Shown here: positions 8,827-17,824 of the stretch, in pieces
Numbering within the stretch: position 1 is the first letter of the stretch
How the letters are laid out: every line of letters starts with the position of its first letter
Source of the DNA: Capsulimonadaceae bacterium
GTDB taxonomy: Bacteria; Armatimonadota; Armatimonadia; Armatimonadales; Capsulimonadaceae
Direction of reading: 5' to 3'
Assembly (NCBI GenBank): GCA_965215505.1
Contig: OZ244065.1
Span: forward strand, 2,592,001 to 2,656,000
DNA: 64,000 nucleotides
Translations under genes and position numbers: made by a program
The notes under the pieces: generated by a model
Databases searched by the model: none
What the model was told of the DNA's origin: nothing
What the model saw: the letters and a program-made list of their open reading frames with translations, nothing else

Positions 8827-9527
8827 ACGCCCCCATGCGCCTGGTGTTCGTGGTGTGCGAGGGGCAGACCGAAGAAACATTCGTGCGCGACGTGCTGGCA
8901 CCCGCGTTTTATCCTCAGCTTAACCTTATCGGGCAGATCATCGAGACTTCGCCGGGTCATAAGGGCGGCGGCCTCTCGTATCAGCGGGTGCTGAGGCATC
9001 TGCGGGACACGCTCCGCCAGTCGAGCGCGCCGTTCGTGACCACGCTGTTTGATCTATACCAATTGGACACCGACTTTCCTGGTCACCGCGAGGCGACGGG
9101 AAAACCTCTAGAGCAACGGCTCAACCTTCTGAACGCCAGCCTCCATAGAGCTGTCGTTGCTGCCACAGGCTGTCAGCCCGACCGCTTCCTGCCCTACATC
9201 CAGCCTTACGAGTTTGAAGCCTTGCTGTTCAGTGATGTGGCGGCTTTGACCGGCCTGAACGACACTTGGGCGGGCGCAGAGGCGAAGCTGCAAGCCATCC
9301 GAGACAGTGCCGAGACGCCGGAGCATATTGATGACGGACCGACCACGAAACCTGCGGCCCATCTAGAGCGGCATCTGACACAACCGAACTACAGCAAGAG
9401 GCTGGATGGGCCGAGGGCTATATCAAGGATCGGCCTCGCCAAGATCGAGCAGGAGTGCCGCTACTTTGCCGCGTGGCTCGCCTCGTTGCGTGAACTCGCC
9501 GCTCTGGAAGCGGCTGGGATGGACTGA
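8823..9527 (+). CDS. DUF4276 family protein (TOPRIM-like)
   Basis: VVCEGQTEETFV, TTLFDLY, PYIQPYEFEALLFSD, PEHIDDG, ECRYFAAWL; ATGA overlap with the ATPase stop. Confidence 0.85.
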   Translation: MNAPMRLVFVVCEGQTEETFVRDVLAPAFYPQLNLIGQIIETSPGHKGGGLSYQRVLRHLRDTLRQSSAPFVTTLFDLYQLDTDFPGHREATGKPLEQRLNLLNASLHRAVVAATGCQPDRFLPYIQPYEFEALLFSDVAALTGLNDTWAGAEAKLQAIRDSAETPEHIDDGPTTKPAAHLERHLTQPNYSKRLDGPRAISRIGLAKIEQECRYFAAWLASLRELAALEAAGMD

Positions 9528-9560
9528 GACGCTTTACGCAACAGGCACACCAACCCAGGG

Positions 9561-9590
9561 AGGCCGCCGGGGGTGTCCCCGGCGGCCTTT
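9561..9590. terminator. Hairpin between convergent genes, similar to 4809-4837
   Basis: AGGCCGCCGGGG-GTGT-CCCCGGCGGCCT; 25/29 identical to the hairpin after the reductase. Confidence 0.7.
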
Positions 9591-9601
9591 GTCATGCGAC
9601 C

Positions 9602-10105
9602 CTACCGCAAGTCTTGGAGTGCCGCTGCGCCGTCGCTCATCCGCCCACGATAGCTGCCCAGGCTTTGCGGGTAGTGAACGGGCAAGATCGTCCCCAGGAA
9701 CTGGAAGAGGTTCGCCAGGGAGAACAGCAGGCAGAGCATCCGCAGCGGCGGGCGCAGACGTACCCTGCGGCGGAACACGATCCCGAACGACAGCGCCAGC
9801 AGGAGCGAGACACACGGCCCCGCCAGATTGATCAGCGCCCGCCGCTGACGGCTCACGCCACGCCGGTCGTAGTCGGAGAACCCGTAAATGGCCGGCAGCG
9901 GTGCCAGGTGTATGTGGAGCCTGCCCACGGAGAAATCGAGTCCCCTTTGCCCGAACCCGGTGTTCAGCGTCACGTTCCCGCGCGTCGTGAGCAGAGCCAT
10001 CGCCGCGTGGCCGCCCTCGTGCAGCGTGGTATCCAGGGGAAACACGAGAAGCAGGAGTGCGAGTAAGATGAGGGCAAAGCGAGCTGCGAAGCGGACTGGT
10101 TTCAT
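9602..10105 (-). CDS. Membrane metallopeptidase, M50-like
   Basis: TTLHEGGHA (HEXXH), INLAGP, SDG, several hydrophobic segments. Confidence 0.75.
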   Translation of the reverse strand: MKPVRFAARFALILLALLLLVFPLDTTLHEGGHAAMALLTTRGNVTLNTGFGQRGLDFSVGRLHIHLAPLPAIYGFSDYDRRGVSRQRRALINLAGPCVSLLLALSFGIVFRRRVRLRPPLRMLCLLFSLANLFQFLGTILPVHYPQSLGSYRGRMSDGAAALQDLR

Positions 10106-10187
10106 GGACCAAGCGAGGAGGATACTGACTTCAGGCAGCAGTGGACCTGCCTCCTGTTTGCCGCAGTCTCCCCTCAGACCTCCCGTT

Positions 10188-11462
10188 TTAGTGAACGGCT
10201 GAAGTAGACGGCTGACGTTCAGCCAGCGCTTCCCGGAGCGCCGGGCAAAGCAGTGGCGGGTCGGATTGACGGATCACGATCTCCGGCGTGCCGTGCCACC
10301 GCGCCAGCGGAGCCAGCACCCCCGCAAGTCCATGAACCAGTGCTTCGGTCATGGGTGTGGCCTCCTCAAGATGAATTGACTTGACCTCAAACAACCCCTC
10401 GCGCCGATGCGCTTTCGCGTCCAGGCGTCCGACAAGGCCGCCCCGGTGCAGGATGGGAAGGCTGAAGTATCCATGGCGACGATGCGCGGCGGGCGTATAG
10501 ATTTCGATCCGGTAGGCGAAGCCGAACAGTGACAAGGCGCGCGCACGGTCAGACACAATGGGGTCGAACGGGGACAGCAGCGTTGTCACTGTGGAGCGAA
10601 GCGCCCCGGCGGTGGCCTGCTCCAACAAAGCCCGATTATCCCGGTGGACATAGACCGGCCCAGGCAAACCCTCCACCGCGACGGTAAAAACTTCGCCTGT
10701 ACGGGAGGCTTCTTCCAGCGTGGCCCGGATGTCCCGTGCGGACGTCCGGGAGCGCAGGAAGTCGGGGAAGTAGGGCGACAGCCAGACATCCCGTGCGAGG
10801 CCAAGCGCGCGGACGGCTTTGAGGACCAGTGCCTTCTGCCCTTCCTCCCGCGCAAGAGCGTGGGCGTCATCCCAGCCAGGCAGCACTCGTTCGCGCAGGT
10901 CGTACACGCGCTGGAACCCTTCCCGGCGGGCGATCATCAGGGCGCCCGCATTGAACAGGTGTTCCAGCGCGGCTTTCTCCGGCTTCCAATCAAACCAGGC
11001 CCGCGCCCTCTTGTCGGTCCTCTCGAAGTCTGCGGAACGGACAGCCCCCTTCTCCCGGATACGTTCGAGTACGCTCTGGGTCGCGGCTTCCTGTTCCGCA
11101 TCACGGCCGTTCAGGTAAGCGTCGCCGCCCGCATAGTCCAGCATCCGACGCCGGTAGATGCCGAAGTCTTCGATGGGCAGGAAGCAGGCAGCGTGCGACC
11201 AATACTCAAACAGCGCGCCTTCCGCCAGCAGCTCGTCCAGCCAGCGCGGTTCGTAGTCCCCGACACGGCTCCACAGCACCAGATAAGGACTGCGGGCGAC
11301 TACACTGATGGTGTCGATTTGCAGCAGGCCCATCCGCCGGATGGCCGTCAGGCAGTCCTGCTTCTGAGCCGGGGCAGAGGGGCGTCCCTCGACCGCCTTG
11401 ATTCCTTGTGCCGCAAGCAGGAGTTCTCGCGCGGCTGTCAAGGAAAGTGACACTTCCTTCAA
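10188..11462 (-). CDS. YcaQ/AlkZ-family crosslink-repair DNA glycosylase (winged helix)
   Basis: LLQIDTISVVARSPYLVLWSR, LFEYWSHAAC, LLSPFDP, YRIEIYTPAAHRRHGYF. Confidence 0.9.
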   Translation of the reverse strand: MKEVSLSLTAARELLLAAQGIKAVEGRPSAPAQKQDCLTAIRRMGLLQIDTISVVARSPYLVLWSRVGDYEPRWLDELLAEGALFEYWSHAACFLPIEDFGIYRRRMLDYAGGDAYLNGRDAEQEAATQSVLERIREKGAVRSADFERTDKRARAWFDWKPEKAALEHLFNAGALMIARREGFQRVYDLRERVLPGWDDAHALAREEGQKALVLKAVRALGLARDVWLSPYFPDFLRSRTSARDIRATLEEASRTGEVFTVAVEGLPGPVYVHRDNRALLEQATAGALRSTVTTLLSPFDPIVSDRARALSLFGFAYRIEIYTPAAHRRHGYFSLPILHRGGLVGRLDAKAHRREGLFEVKSIHLEEATPMTEALVHGLAGVLAPLARWHGTPEIVIRQSDPPLLCPALREALAERQPSTSAVH

Positions 11463-11628
11463 TACGGCCTTCCTTCTGAGCGGCTCGCTCTATTGGCTTG
11501 ATTGTTCCACGCCCCACGTCCCGGTTCCTTCCCCGCCTGCTACGCCGGACGCCTGCATGGCGGCAGAAAGCCATCCGCGTCTTTTTTCACAAACGCCGCC
11601 GCCCGAGCAGGATTCCTTCCTCCCCGCC

Positions 11629-11657
11629 TTGAACTGACCCGCGCGATATGGTACAAT
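11629..11657 (+). promoter_or_regulatory. Sigma70 promoter with extended -10
   Basis: TTGAAC-N17-TACAAT preceded by TG. Confidence 0.55.
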
Positions 11658-11706
11658 GCTGGAAACAACACGGCTCTCGCGCATAGCAAGGACGGGCCTC
11701 CCCCTT

Positions 11707-13671
11707 ATGGCTGAAGAAAAGCAGACACCCTACCGGGTCAAAGTCCCGGACATCGACTACTGGCGCGGCAAGATCGGCTGCCAGACCGGCTGCCCCGTCA
11801 AGACCGACGCGCGCGGCTACGTCATCGCCATCGCCGAGGGGCGCTACAACGACGCCTACGCCATCGCGCGCGCCCCGAACCCCTTCGCCTCCATGTGCGG
11901 GCGCATCTGCGGCGCCCCCTGCGAGGTCAAATGTACGCGCGGCAACATCGGGACGGACACGTCCGGCCCGGTCGCCATCCGCGCCCTGAAGCGATTCGCG
12001 ACCGAGCAATACGGCGTCGAGAACCTGCACGACCTGCACAAGTCTCTGGAGTACTCTAACGCGCGCGGCTCGGCCTACCCCATCCTGGACAAAGAGAAGA
12101 TCGCGGTCGTCGGCGCGGGTGTGGCCGGCATGACGGCGGCCCACGACCTGGCCCGGCTGGGCTACCGCGTGACGGTCTTCGAGGAACTGCCCGTGCCGGG
12201 CGGGCAGATGGCGACCGGCGTCCCCATCTACCGGCTGTCGCGCGAGCTGATGAACCTCGAAAATGCGGCCATCTGCGAGCTGGGAGTGGACCTGCGGCTG
12301 GGCGTCTCGGTCGGCAAGGATGTCACCATCCCGCAGCTGCGCGAGGAGGGCTACAAGGCCTTCATCATTGCGGCGGGCTTCATGCTGGGGCGGCCATTGA
12401 CCATCCCCGGCGCGGACAAGAAGGGCGTCCACATCGGCGTGGACCTGCTGCGTGAGGTCAACCTCGGCCACGAGTACCATGTCGGCGAGAAGTGCGTCGT
12501 CATCGGCGGCGGCAACGTCGCCATGGACGTGGTCCGTATGACCGTCCGGACGCCGGTCGTGCCGGGCCTGTCCAACCTGGCGAAGCCCAAGAATTACGCC
12601 ATGACCGACATCGCCCGGACACTGGCGCTGACCGCCAAGTCCATTGACTGCATCTTCGGCGAGTCGCGCGCCCAGATGAACGCCGACGAGTACGAGATCG
12701 AAGAGGCCGTGCTGGAAGGCGTCAAGCTCTGGCCGAAGCGCCTGCCGGTCGAGATCTTGGGTGAGGAGAGCGTCACCGGCGTCAAGACCAAGAAAGTCTC
12801 GTCGCTGATCGACGCCCAGGGCCGGTTCAACCCGCAGTACATTGACGGCAGCGAAGAGGTCTTCGACTGCGACTCGGTGATCGTCTCCATCGGCCAGATG
12901 GTCAACTGGAACTTCCTCACCGGCGTCGAGGACCTGAAGCGGACGCCGCGCGGGACGGTCGAGGTGGACCCGGAAACGCTGCAATCTACGTCCCACCCGG
13001 ACATCTTCGCGGTCGGCGACATCGCCCTGGGCGCGCGGCTGTTCATCGACGGCATCGCGTCCGCCCAGAAGTGCGCGGTGGGCGTGGACGAGCATTTGTC
13101 GGGCGTCACGCAGAAGCTGGTCAAGCGCGGCTACATGCGCGCCCTGCCCATCGTCAACTACTCCATGCCGACGAAGTACGACAACTTCATCCGGCAGGAG
13201 CCGCCGGAGCGCGAGATCACCAACCGCTCGGCGGGCTTCGACCTCGTGGAGTTCAACTACACCGAGAAGGCCGCGCGGGAACAAGGCATGCGCTGTTTGC
13301 GTTGTCATGTTAACGTGGTCTTCGACGCCGAGAAGTGCATCCTCTGCGGCCTGTGCATCAACATCTGCCCCGAGAGCATCCTGAAGATGGTCCCGGTGAC
13401 CGATGTGGTGGGCGACGAGGAGGTGGCCCGGCTGATCGAGGCCAAGTACGGGGTCCCGCAGGAAGAGCTGCGGCCCGATGACGGCACCATCATGCTGATG
13501 GATGGGACGAAGTGCATCCGGTGCGCTTTGTGTGCCAAGATCTGCCCGATGGACTGCATCTCGATGGAGGCCTTCGAGTACGAGGAGGAGCTGGTCCCGG
13601 TCAGCACCCCCACCCGGACGGTGACGCCGCCCGAGCCGTCCCTGATCGGCTACAAGTCCGTCGGGGTATAA
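11707..13671 (+). CDS. GltD/DsrL-like FAD-dependent oxidoreductase with C-terminal 2x[4Fe-4S] ferredoxin domain
   Basis: CQTGCP, MCGRICGAPCEVKC, VVGAGVAG, VIGGGNVAMD, RCLRC, CILCGLCINICP, CIRCALCAKICP. Confidence 0.88.
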   Translation: MAEEKQTPYRVKVPDIDYWRGKIGCQTGCPVKTDARGYVIAIAEGRYNDAYAIARAPNPFASMCGRICGAPCEVKCTRGNIGTDTSGPVAIRALKRFATEQYGVENLHDLHKSLEYSNARGSAYPILDKEKIAVVGAGVAGMTAAHDLARLGYRVTVFEELPVPGGQMATGVPIYRLSRELMNLENAAICELGVDLRLGVSVGKDVTIPQLREEGYKAFIIAAGFMLGRPLTIPGADKKGVHIGVDLLREVNLGHEYHVGEKCVVIGGGNVAMDVVRMTVRTPVVPGLSNLAKPKNYAMTDIARTLALTAKSIDCIFGESRAQMNADEYEIEEAVLEGVKLWPKRLPVEILGEESVTGVKTKKVSSLIDAQGRFNPQYIDGSEEVFDCDSVIVSIGQMVNWNFLTGVEDLKRTPRGTVEVDPETLQSTSHPDIFAVGDIALGARLFIDGIASAQKCAVGVDEHLSGVTQKLVKRGYMRALPIVNYSMPTKYDNFIRQEPPEREITNRSAGFDLVEFNYTEKAAREQGMRCLRCHVNVVFDAEKCILCGLCINICPESILKMVPVTDVVGDEEVARLIEAKYGVPQEELRPDDGTIMLMDGTKCIRCALCAKICPMDCISMEAFEYEEELVPVSTPTRTVTPPEPSLIGYKSVGV

Positions 13672-13743
13672 CACATGGGACGCCGCTCCCATTCAACCGC
13701 ATCATCACCAGCGGGCCTTGAACCCGCACAGGAGAATTAGAAA

Positions 13744-14190
13744 ATGCCCGCAACGCTCGAAATGCCGACCACGGCACCCGAATCCATGGTCCAGACCTCC
13801 CCACTGACCCTGACCGACGCCGCCGCGCTGGAAGTCAAGTCGCTCATCGAGCAGCAGGACCGCGACGACCTCGCCCTGCGCGTCTATGTCGCCGGCGGCG
13901 GCTGCTCCGGCCTCCAGTACGGCATGGCGCTCGACGAGAACATCGAACCCGGCGACGAAACCTTCCAGGTTTCGGGCGTCAGCCTCGTCGTAGACTCCAC
14001 CTCGCTGAAGTACCTCGTCGGCGCGGTCGTGGACTACATCCACACCGACCTCGGCGGCGGCTTCAAGATCGAGAACCCCAACGCCACCAAGTCCTGCGGC
14101 TGCGGCTCTTCTTTCTCCGCCGGTGATGACGAAGCTTCCGGCCTCGACACCCGGCAGGGCGGCGGCTGCGGCTCCTGCGGCAGCCACTAG
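13744..14190 (+). CDS. HesB/IscA/ErpA iron-sulfur cluster insertion protein
   Basis: GGGCSGLQY, FKIENPNATKSCGCGSSF. Confidence 0.95.
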   Translation: MPATLEMPTTAPESMVQTSPLTLTDAAALEVKSLIEQQDRDDLALRVYVAGGGCSGLQYGMALDENIEPGDETFQVSGVSLVVDSTSLKYLVGAVVDYIHTDLGGGFKIENPNATKSCGCGSSFSAGDDEASGLDTRQGGGCGSCGSH

Positions 14191-14202
14191 TCGTTAGGTG
14201 GG

Positions 14203-14235
14203 AACAGGGGCGGGCCATCTGGCCCGCCCCTGTTT
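14203..14235 (+). terminator. Intrinsic terminator
   Basis: AACAGGGGCGGGCCA / TGGCCCGCCCCTGTT inverted repeat. Confidence 0.75.
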
Positions 14236-14255
14236 CGGTTTATGGAGGCATTATC

Positions 14256-14585
14256 ATGTCGCAGACTTTGGAACAACCCACAGCGAAGGAACTGTTCGCA
14301 CCGCGAGTCCTTCCTGACGACTACTGGGAGGGTGAAATCGTCGCGCACAACGATCTCCGCTTTGGTGTCGTCTCGGCGAACCTAGAGCGCGTTAGTGGAA
14401 CGCCTTGCTTCGTTGGGACCCGTGTGCCGATCCGAAATCTTTGGGACTACTTGGAAGAAGGCCCAAGCATGGATGAGTTCCTAGACAGCTTTCCTGGCGT
14501 TACACATGAACAGGCCAAGGCGGCGCTCCGTCTGGCCTGTGAGCGGCTTTTGGAAGGCCTGCCCCCGGACACCTGCCACCCATGA
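14256..14585 (+). CDS. DUF433 antitoxin
   Basis: SGTPCFVGTRVPIRNLWDYLEEG...EFLDSFPGVTHEQAKAAL. Confidence 0.9.
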   Translation: MSQTLEQPTAKELFAPRVLPDDYWEGEIVAHNDLRFGVVSANLERVSGTPCFVGTRVPIRNLWDYLEEGPSMDEFLDSFPGVTHEQAKAALRLACERLLEGLPPDTCHP

Positions 14586-14926
14586 GAGTCCTGCTGGATC
14601 ACTGCCTCAACTGGCGACTAAAACGACACCTGCCAGGCCATGTAGTGCAGGCCACGTCCGAATTGGGCTGGGACGCAATCAGGAATGGGCGTCTGTTGAC
14701 GCTCGCGGAAGCCGAGTTCGACGTGTTCCTGACCGTGGACAAAGGGATCAAGTATCAGCAGAACTTCGCCGGGCGCAACATCGCGGTCATTACCCTACGC
14801 GGCATTAATAACAGGATCGCGACCCACGTCCCGCTCATGCCCCAGGTCCTCGCGCTCCTGCCCACCGTCGAGCCGGGCCGCGTCTACGTCGTGCCGACGG
14901 GCGACGAGGACGGCCCGGAGCCTTGA
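14582..14926 (+). CDS. DUF5615 PIN-like toxin
   Basis: MRVLLDHCL, LGWDAIRNGRLL, FDVFLTVDKGIKYQQN; ATGA overlap with DUF433. Confidence 0.88.
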   Translation: MRVLLDHCLNWRLKRHLPGHVVQATSELGWDAIRNGRLLTLAEAEFDVFLTVDKGIKYQQNFAGRNIAVITLRGINNRIATHVPLMPQVLALLPTVEPGRVYVVPTGDEDGPEP

Positions 14927-14996
14927 TTTTCTCCTGCTGCAATGAGGCCAGACAGGAACATCAGAACACCGTTCTTATCGAAAGGAAGCCTCATTC

Positions 14997-16703
14997 ATGC
15001 TCCGGGATTTTGTTCGCCTCGCCCGCCCTTTCTGGACCTCGGAGGAGCGTGTCAAGGCCCGGTGGACGGCGGCCCTCCTCGCCGTCTTGACCTTGATGCT
15101 CGTCGGCGTGTCTGTGGTCCTGGTTCAACTCGGCGGCGGCATCTTCGACGCGATCCAGAACTACAACTTCAAGGCGTTCCTGCGCGCGCTGGAGTTGTGG
15201 TCCCTCGGGGCCTTCCTGTACTGCATCGTGGGCGTGTACCAGAGCTACGTCGGCATGGCGCTCACCATCCGCTGGCGGCGCTGGATGACCGACCACTTCG
15301 TGGGGCAGTGGCTCGGCGGCAAGGCCTTCTACTTCTGGCAGATCTCAGGCCAGCCCTCCGACAACCCGGACCAGCGCATCTCGGAGGACGTCCGCGACTT
15401 CATCGGCACCAGTGACGGCCTGAGCGGCACCATCCCACTCGCCTTAGGCCTGCTCCGGCAGATCGCGACCCTGCTGGCGTTCGTCGCCCTGCTCTGGAAG
15501 ATCGGCGGTGCCCTGCCGCTGATGCACGGGCACCTGCTCGTCCACGGCTACCTCGTGTGGTGTGCGCTGCTCTACGCGGGCCTCGGCTCCGGCCTGATGG
15601 CGTGGATCGGCTTCCCGATCATCCGCCTCAACTTCAGCCAGCAGCGCTACGAGGCCGACTTCCGGTTCGGTCTGGTTCGCCTGCGCGAGAACGGCGAGAG
15701 TGTCGCCCTCAGCGACGGCGAACCCACCGAAAAGGCGGACCTGATGGGCCGCTTCGGCGGCATTTATGAGAACTACCGAAGGATCATGAGCCGGTCCAAG
15801 AAGATCAACGGCTTCAGCATCGGCTACCAGCAGGTCGCCAACATCATCCCCTACTTCCTCTGCGCGCCCATCTATTTCGCCCACCACATGACCCTTGGCG
15901 GCCTGAACCAGTCCGCGCAGGCCTTCGCCTATGTCCAGGGCGCGGTTTCGTTCTTCATCACCTCTTATGCCGCCATCGCCCTGTGGCGGTCCACCATCCA
16001 GCGGCTTTCCGGGTTTACGCAGGCCGTGGAAGCCGCCCGCGCCCTGTCCGAGCAGCCCGCCGCCGCCCGCCACGCCGGGCGGAACGGGACGCTGGCCTTA
16101 GACGGCCTGACGCTGGCCCTGCCGGGCGGGCGGACGCTGTTCCACGGTCTGGACCTGACACTTGAAGAGGGCCGCTCCGCGCTTATCAGCGGCCCCTCTG
16201 GCAGCGGCAAGAGTACACTGCTCCGGGCAATCTTCGGCCTGTGGCCCTACGCCGGCGGCGACATCCGCCTGCCCGCCGACTTCAGCCCAATGGTGCTGCC
16301 GCAGAAGCCCTATCTGCCCATCGGTTCGTTGCGCGCCGCCCTTACCTACCCCGCCGCCCCCGACCGCTTCCCGGAGTCAGAGGTACAGGATGCCCTTGCC
16401 CGCGTGCGCCTGCCCGTCTTCGCGGACCGGCTGGACGAGTCGCTGAACTGGGCGCTCCAGCTCTCGCCGGGCGAGCAGCAGCGGGTCGCCCTGGCCCGCG
16501 CCTTCCTGCACCGGCCTCGGTGGCTGTTCCTGGACGAAGCCACGTCCGCCCTGGACGAGCCGACCGAGACGGCTCTTTACAAGGAACTCGCCGCCGCCCT
16601 GCCCGGCACCACCGTGGTCAGCATCGGCCACCGGGGCAGCCTCCACGCCCTGCATGATGTCTCGCACCGGCTCACGCCGACAGCCGAGGCGGTCCCTGCT
16701 TGA
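14997..16703 (+). CDS. ABC transporter fused permease/ATPase (YddA/SbmA-BacA-like)
   Basis: DNPDQRISED, YEADFRFGLVRLRENGE, GPSGSGKSTL, LSPGEQQR, LFLDEATSALD. Confidence 0.92.
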   Translation: MLRDFVRLARPFWTSEERVKARWTAALLAVLTLMLVGVSVVLVQLGGGIFDAIQNYNFKAFLRALELWSLGAFLYCIVGVYQSYVGMALTIRWRRWMTDHFVGQWLGGKAFYFWQISGQPSDNPDQRISEDVRDFIGTSDGLSGTIPLALGLLRQIATLLAFVALLWKIGGALPLMHGHLLVHGYLVWCALLYAGLGSGLMAWIGFPIIRLNFSQQRYEADFRFGLVRLRENGESVALSDGEPTEKADLMGRFGGIYENYRRIMSRSKKINGFSIGYQQVANIIPYFLCAPIYFAHHMTLGGLNQSAQAFAYVQGAVSFFITSYAAIALWRSTIQRLSGFTQAVEAARALSEQPAAARHAGRNGTLALDGLTLALPGGRTLFHGLDLTLEEGRSALISGPSGSGKSTLLRAIFGLWPYAGGDIRLPADFSPMVLPQKPYLPIGSLRAALTYPAAPDRFPESEVQDALARVRLPVFADRLDESLNWALQLSPGEQQRVALARAFLHRPRWLFLDEATSALDEPTETALYKELAAALPGTTVVSIGHRGSLHALHDVSHRLTPTAEAVPA

Positions 16704-16744
16704 CAGAAGAGAGGGGCAGGCCGCGCGGTCTTCCCCTCTTTATC

Positions 16745-17548
16745 CTAAAGACTTCGTGATCCCCGACATTTTGGAAACGCTCGACAACTCCAGAACTCAT
16801 TCCCAGCGTTCCCGCCTCGGCTTGCGAGTTTCTTTAACATTGGGCCTCCACACCTGGGGCATGAAGGCTCATTCTTTTCGCTCACAACTTCCATCTTAGT
16901 TGTAGGCACCGCTGCTGAGACTACTTCCGGGGGGTGAGATTTCTCCTGCTGGGGTTCGGTGTTCTTGGTCTGCACGTCCTGAACCAGCTTCAGTAATTTA
17001 GGACCATCAATCAGTTCGAGCGGTTGCCCTTGAGACTCAGCAAGTGCCTCATGCGTGAAACTGCCGCTAATAACAAAAATGCCCCGTGTCGCCTTCTCCC
17101 TAGCAACAACCCCCCGAAGCTCCCGCACAGGAGAGACACCTACTCTTTGCGTCTTCCACTGTTTGCACTGTACTATGACTTTTTCTGAGCGCTTGTGAAG
17201 CACGAGGTCAATTCCACCATCTGCGGCAGCCCCACCCCGTTCAACAACGATATATCCCTGACGACGGAACGCTTCACCCACCATCAACTCAAAGTCGCGC
17301 CAATCCATGTCACGGATTGCTTTTATATCGGTTACGCTGGCTAGGAGTTCGTTTCTCTTCCATTTTACGAAAGGGAGAACCAGGCCAATAAACACAAATA
17401 TGCAGGCCCACTCTAGAGCCACCAACACTGAATAGCGAGCCAGAACCGCATAAGCGCCTCCCGCAAGCAGAAAAGGGACCCACCAAGGAAGAAGCATCGT
17501 GAGTGCGAAGAAAAGATCGTCAGACTTCCGGTTGTTACGTCTTGCCAT
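16745..17548 (-). CDS. Mrr-like restriction endonuclease with N-terminal TM helices and C-terminal topoisomerase-type zinc ribbon
   Basis: WRDFELMVGEAFRRQGY, ADGGIDL, VQCKQWK, ELIDGPKL, CPRCGGPM...FWSCRAFPKCRG; low GC. Confidence 0.9.
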   Translation of the reverse strand: MARRNNRKSDDLFFALTMLLPWWVPFLLAGGAYAVLARYSVLVALEWACIFVFIGLVLPFVKWKRNELLASVTDIKAIRDMDWRDFELMVGEAFRRQGYIVVERGGAAADGGIDLVLHKRSEKVIVQCKQWKTQRVGVSPVRELRGVVAREKATRGIFVISGSFTHEALAESQGQPLELIDGPKLLKLVQDVQTKNTEPQQEKSHPPEVVSAAVPTTKMEVVSEKNEPSCPRCGGPMLKKLASRGGNAGNEFWSCRAFPKCRGSRSL

Positions 17549-17781
17549 TCCAGCCTCCTTTCACACCACTTCTTCTACTGGTTCTATTCAGTTTCCTCCT
17601 CGCATTGGGGAATGTCACCGGCGTTCTATGCGGCAGGTGCATTTCGACCGTATGCCCCAGTCACCCGGCGGGCCGGACCCCCACATCGCTGGTTAGCGGT
17701 GGATATTCGGAGGAAAACGGCTTTGCTTCCTCGTCAGGGGACCTGAGACAACGACCAGACAAAAATCCCGACAAGGACCGG

Positions 17782-17805
17782 AGGGCAGGGGGAACCCGCC
17801 CTTAC
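17782..17805 (-). repeat. GTAG-type REP (GTAA variant)
   Basis: Minus strand GTAAGGGCGGGTTCCCCCTGCCCT, similar to the REPs at 24751-24941. Confidence 0.55.
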
Positions 17806-17824
17806 ACAATCATATCCTCTGCCT

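Noticed and set aside
17706-17742. Hammerhead-like CTGACGAG plus stem on the minus strand
   Set aside because: No GAAA after stem II and no convincing stems I and III.
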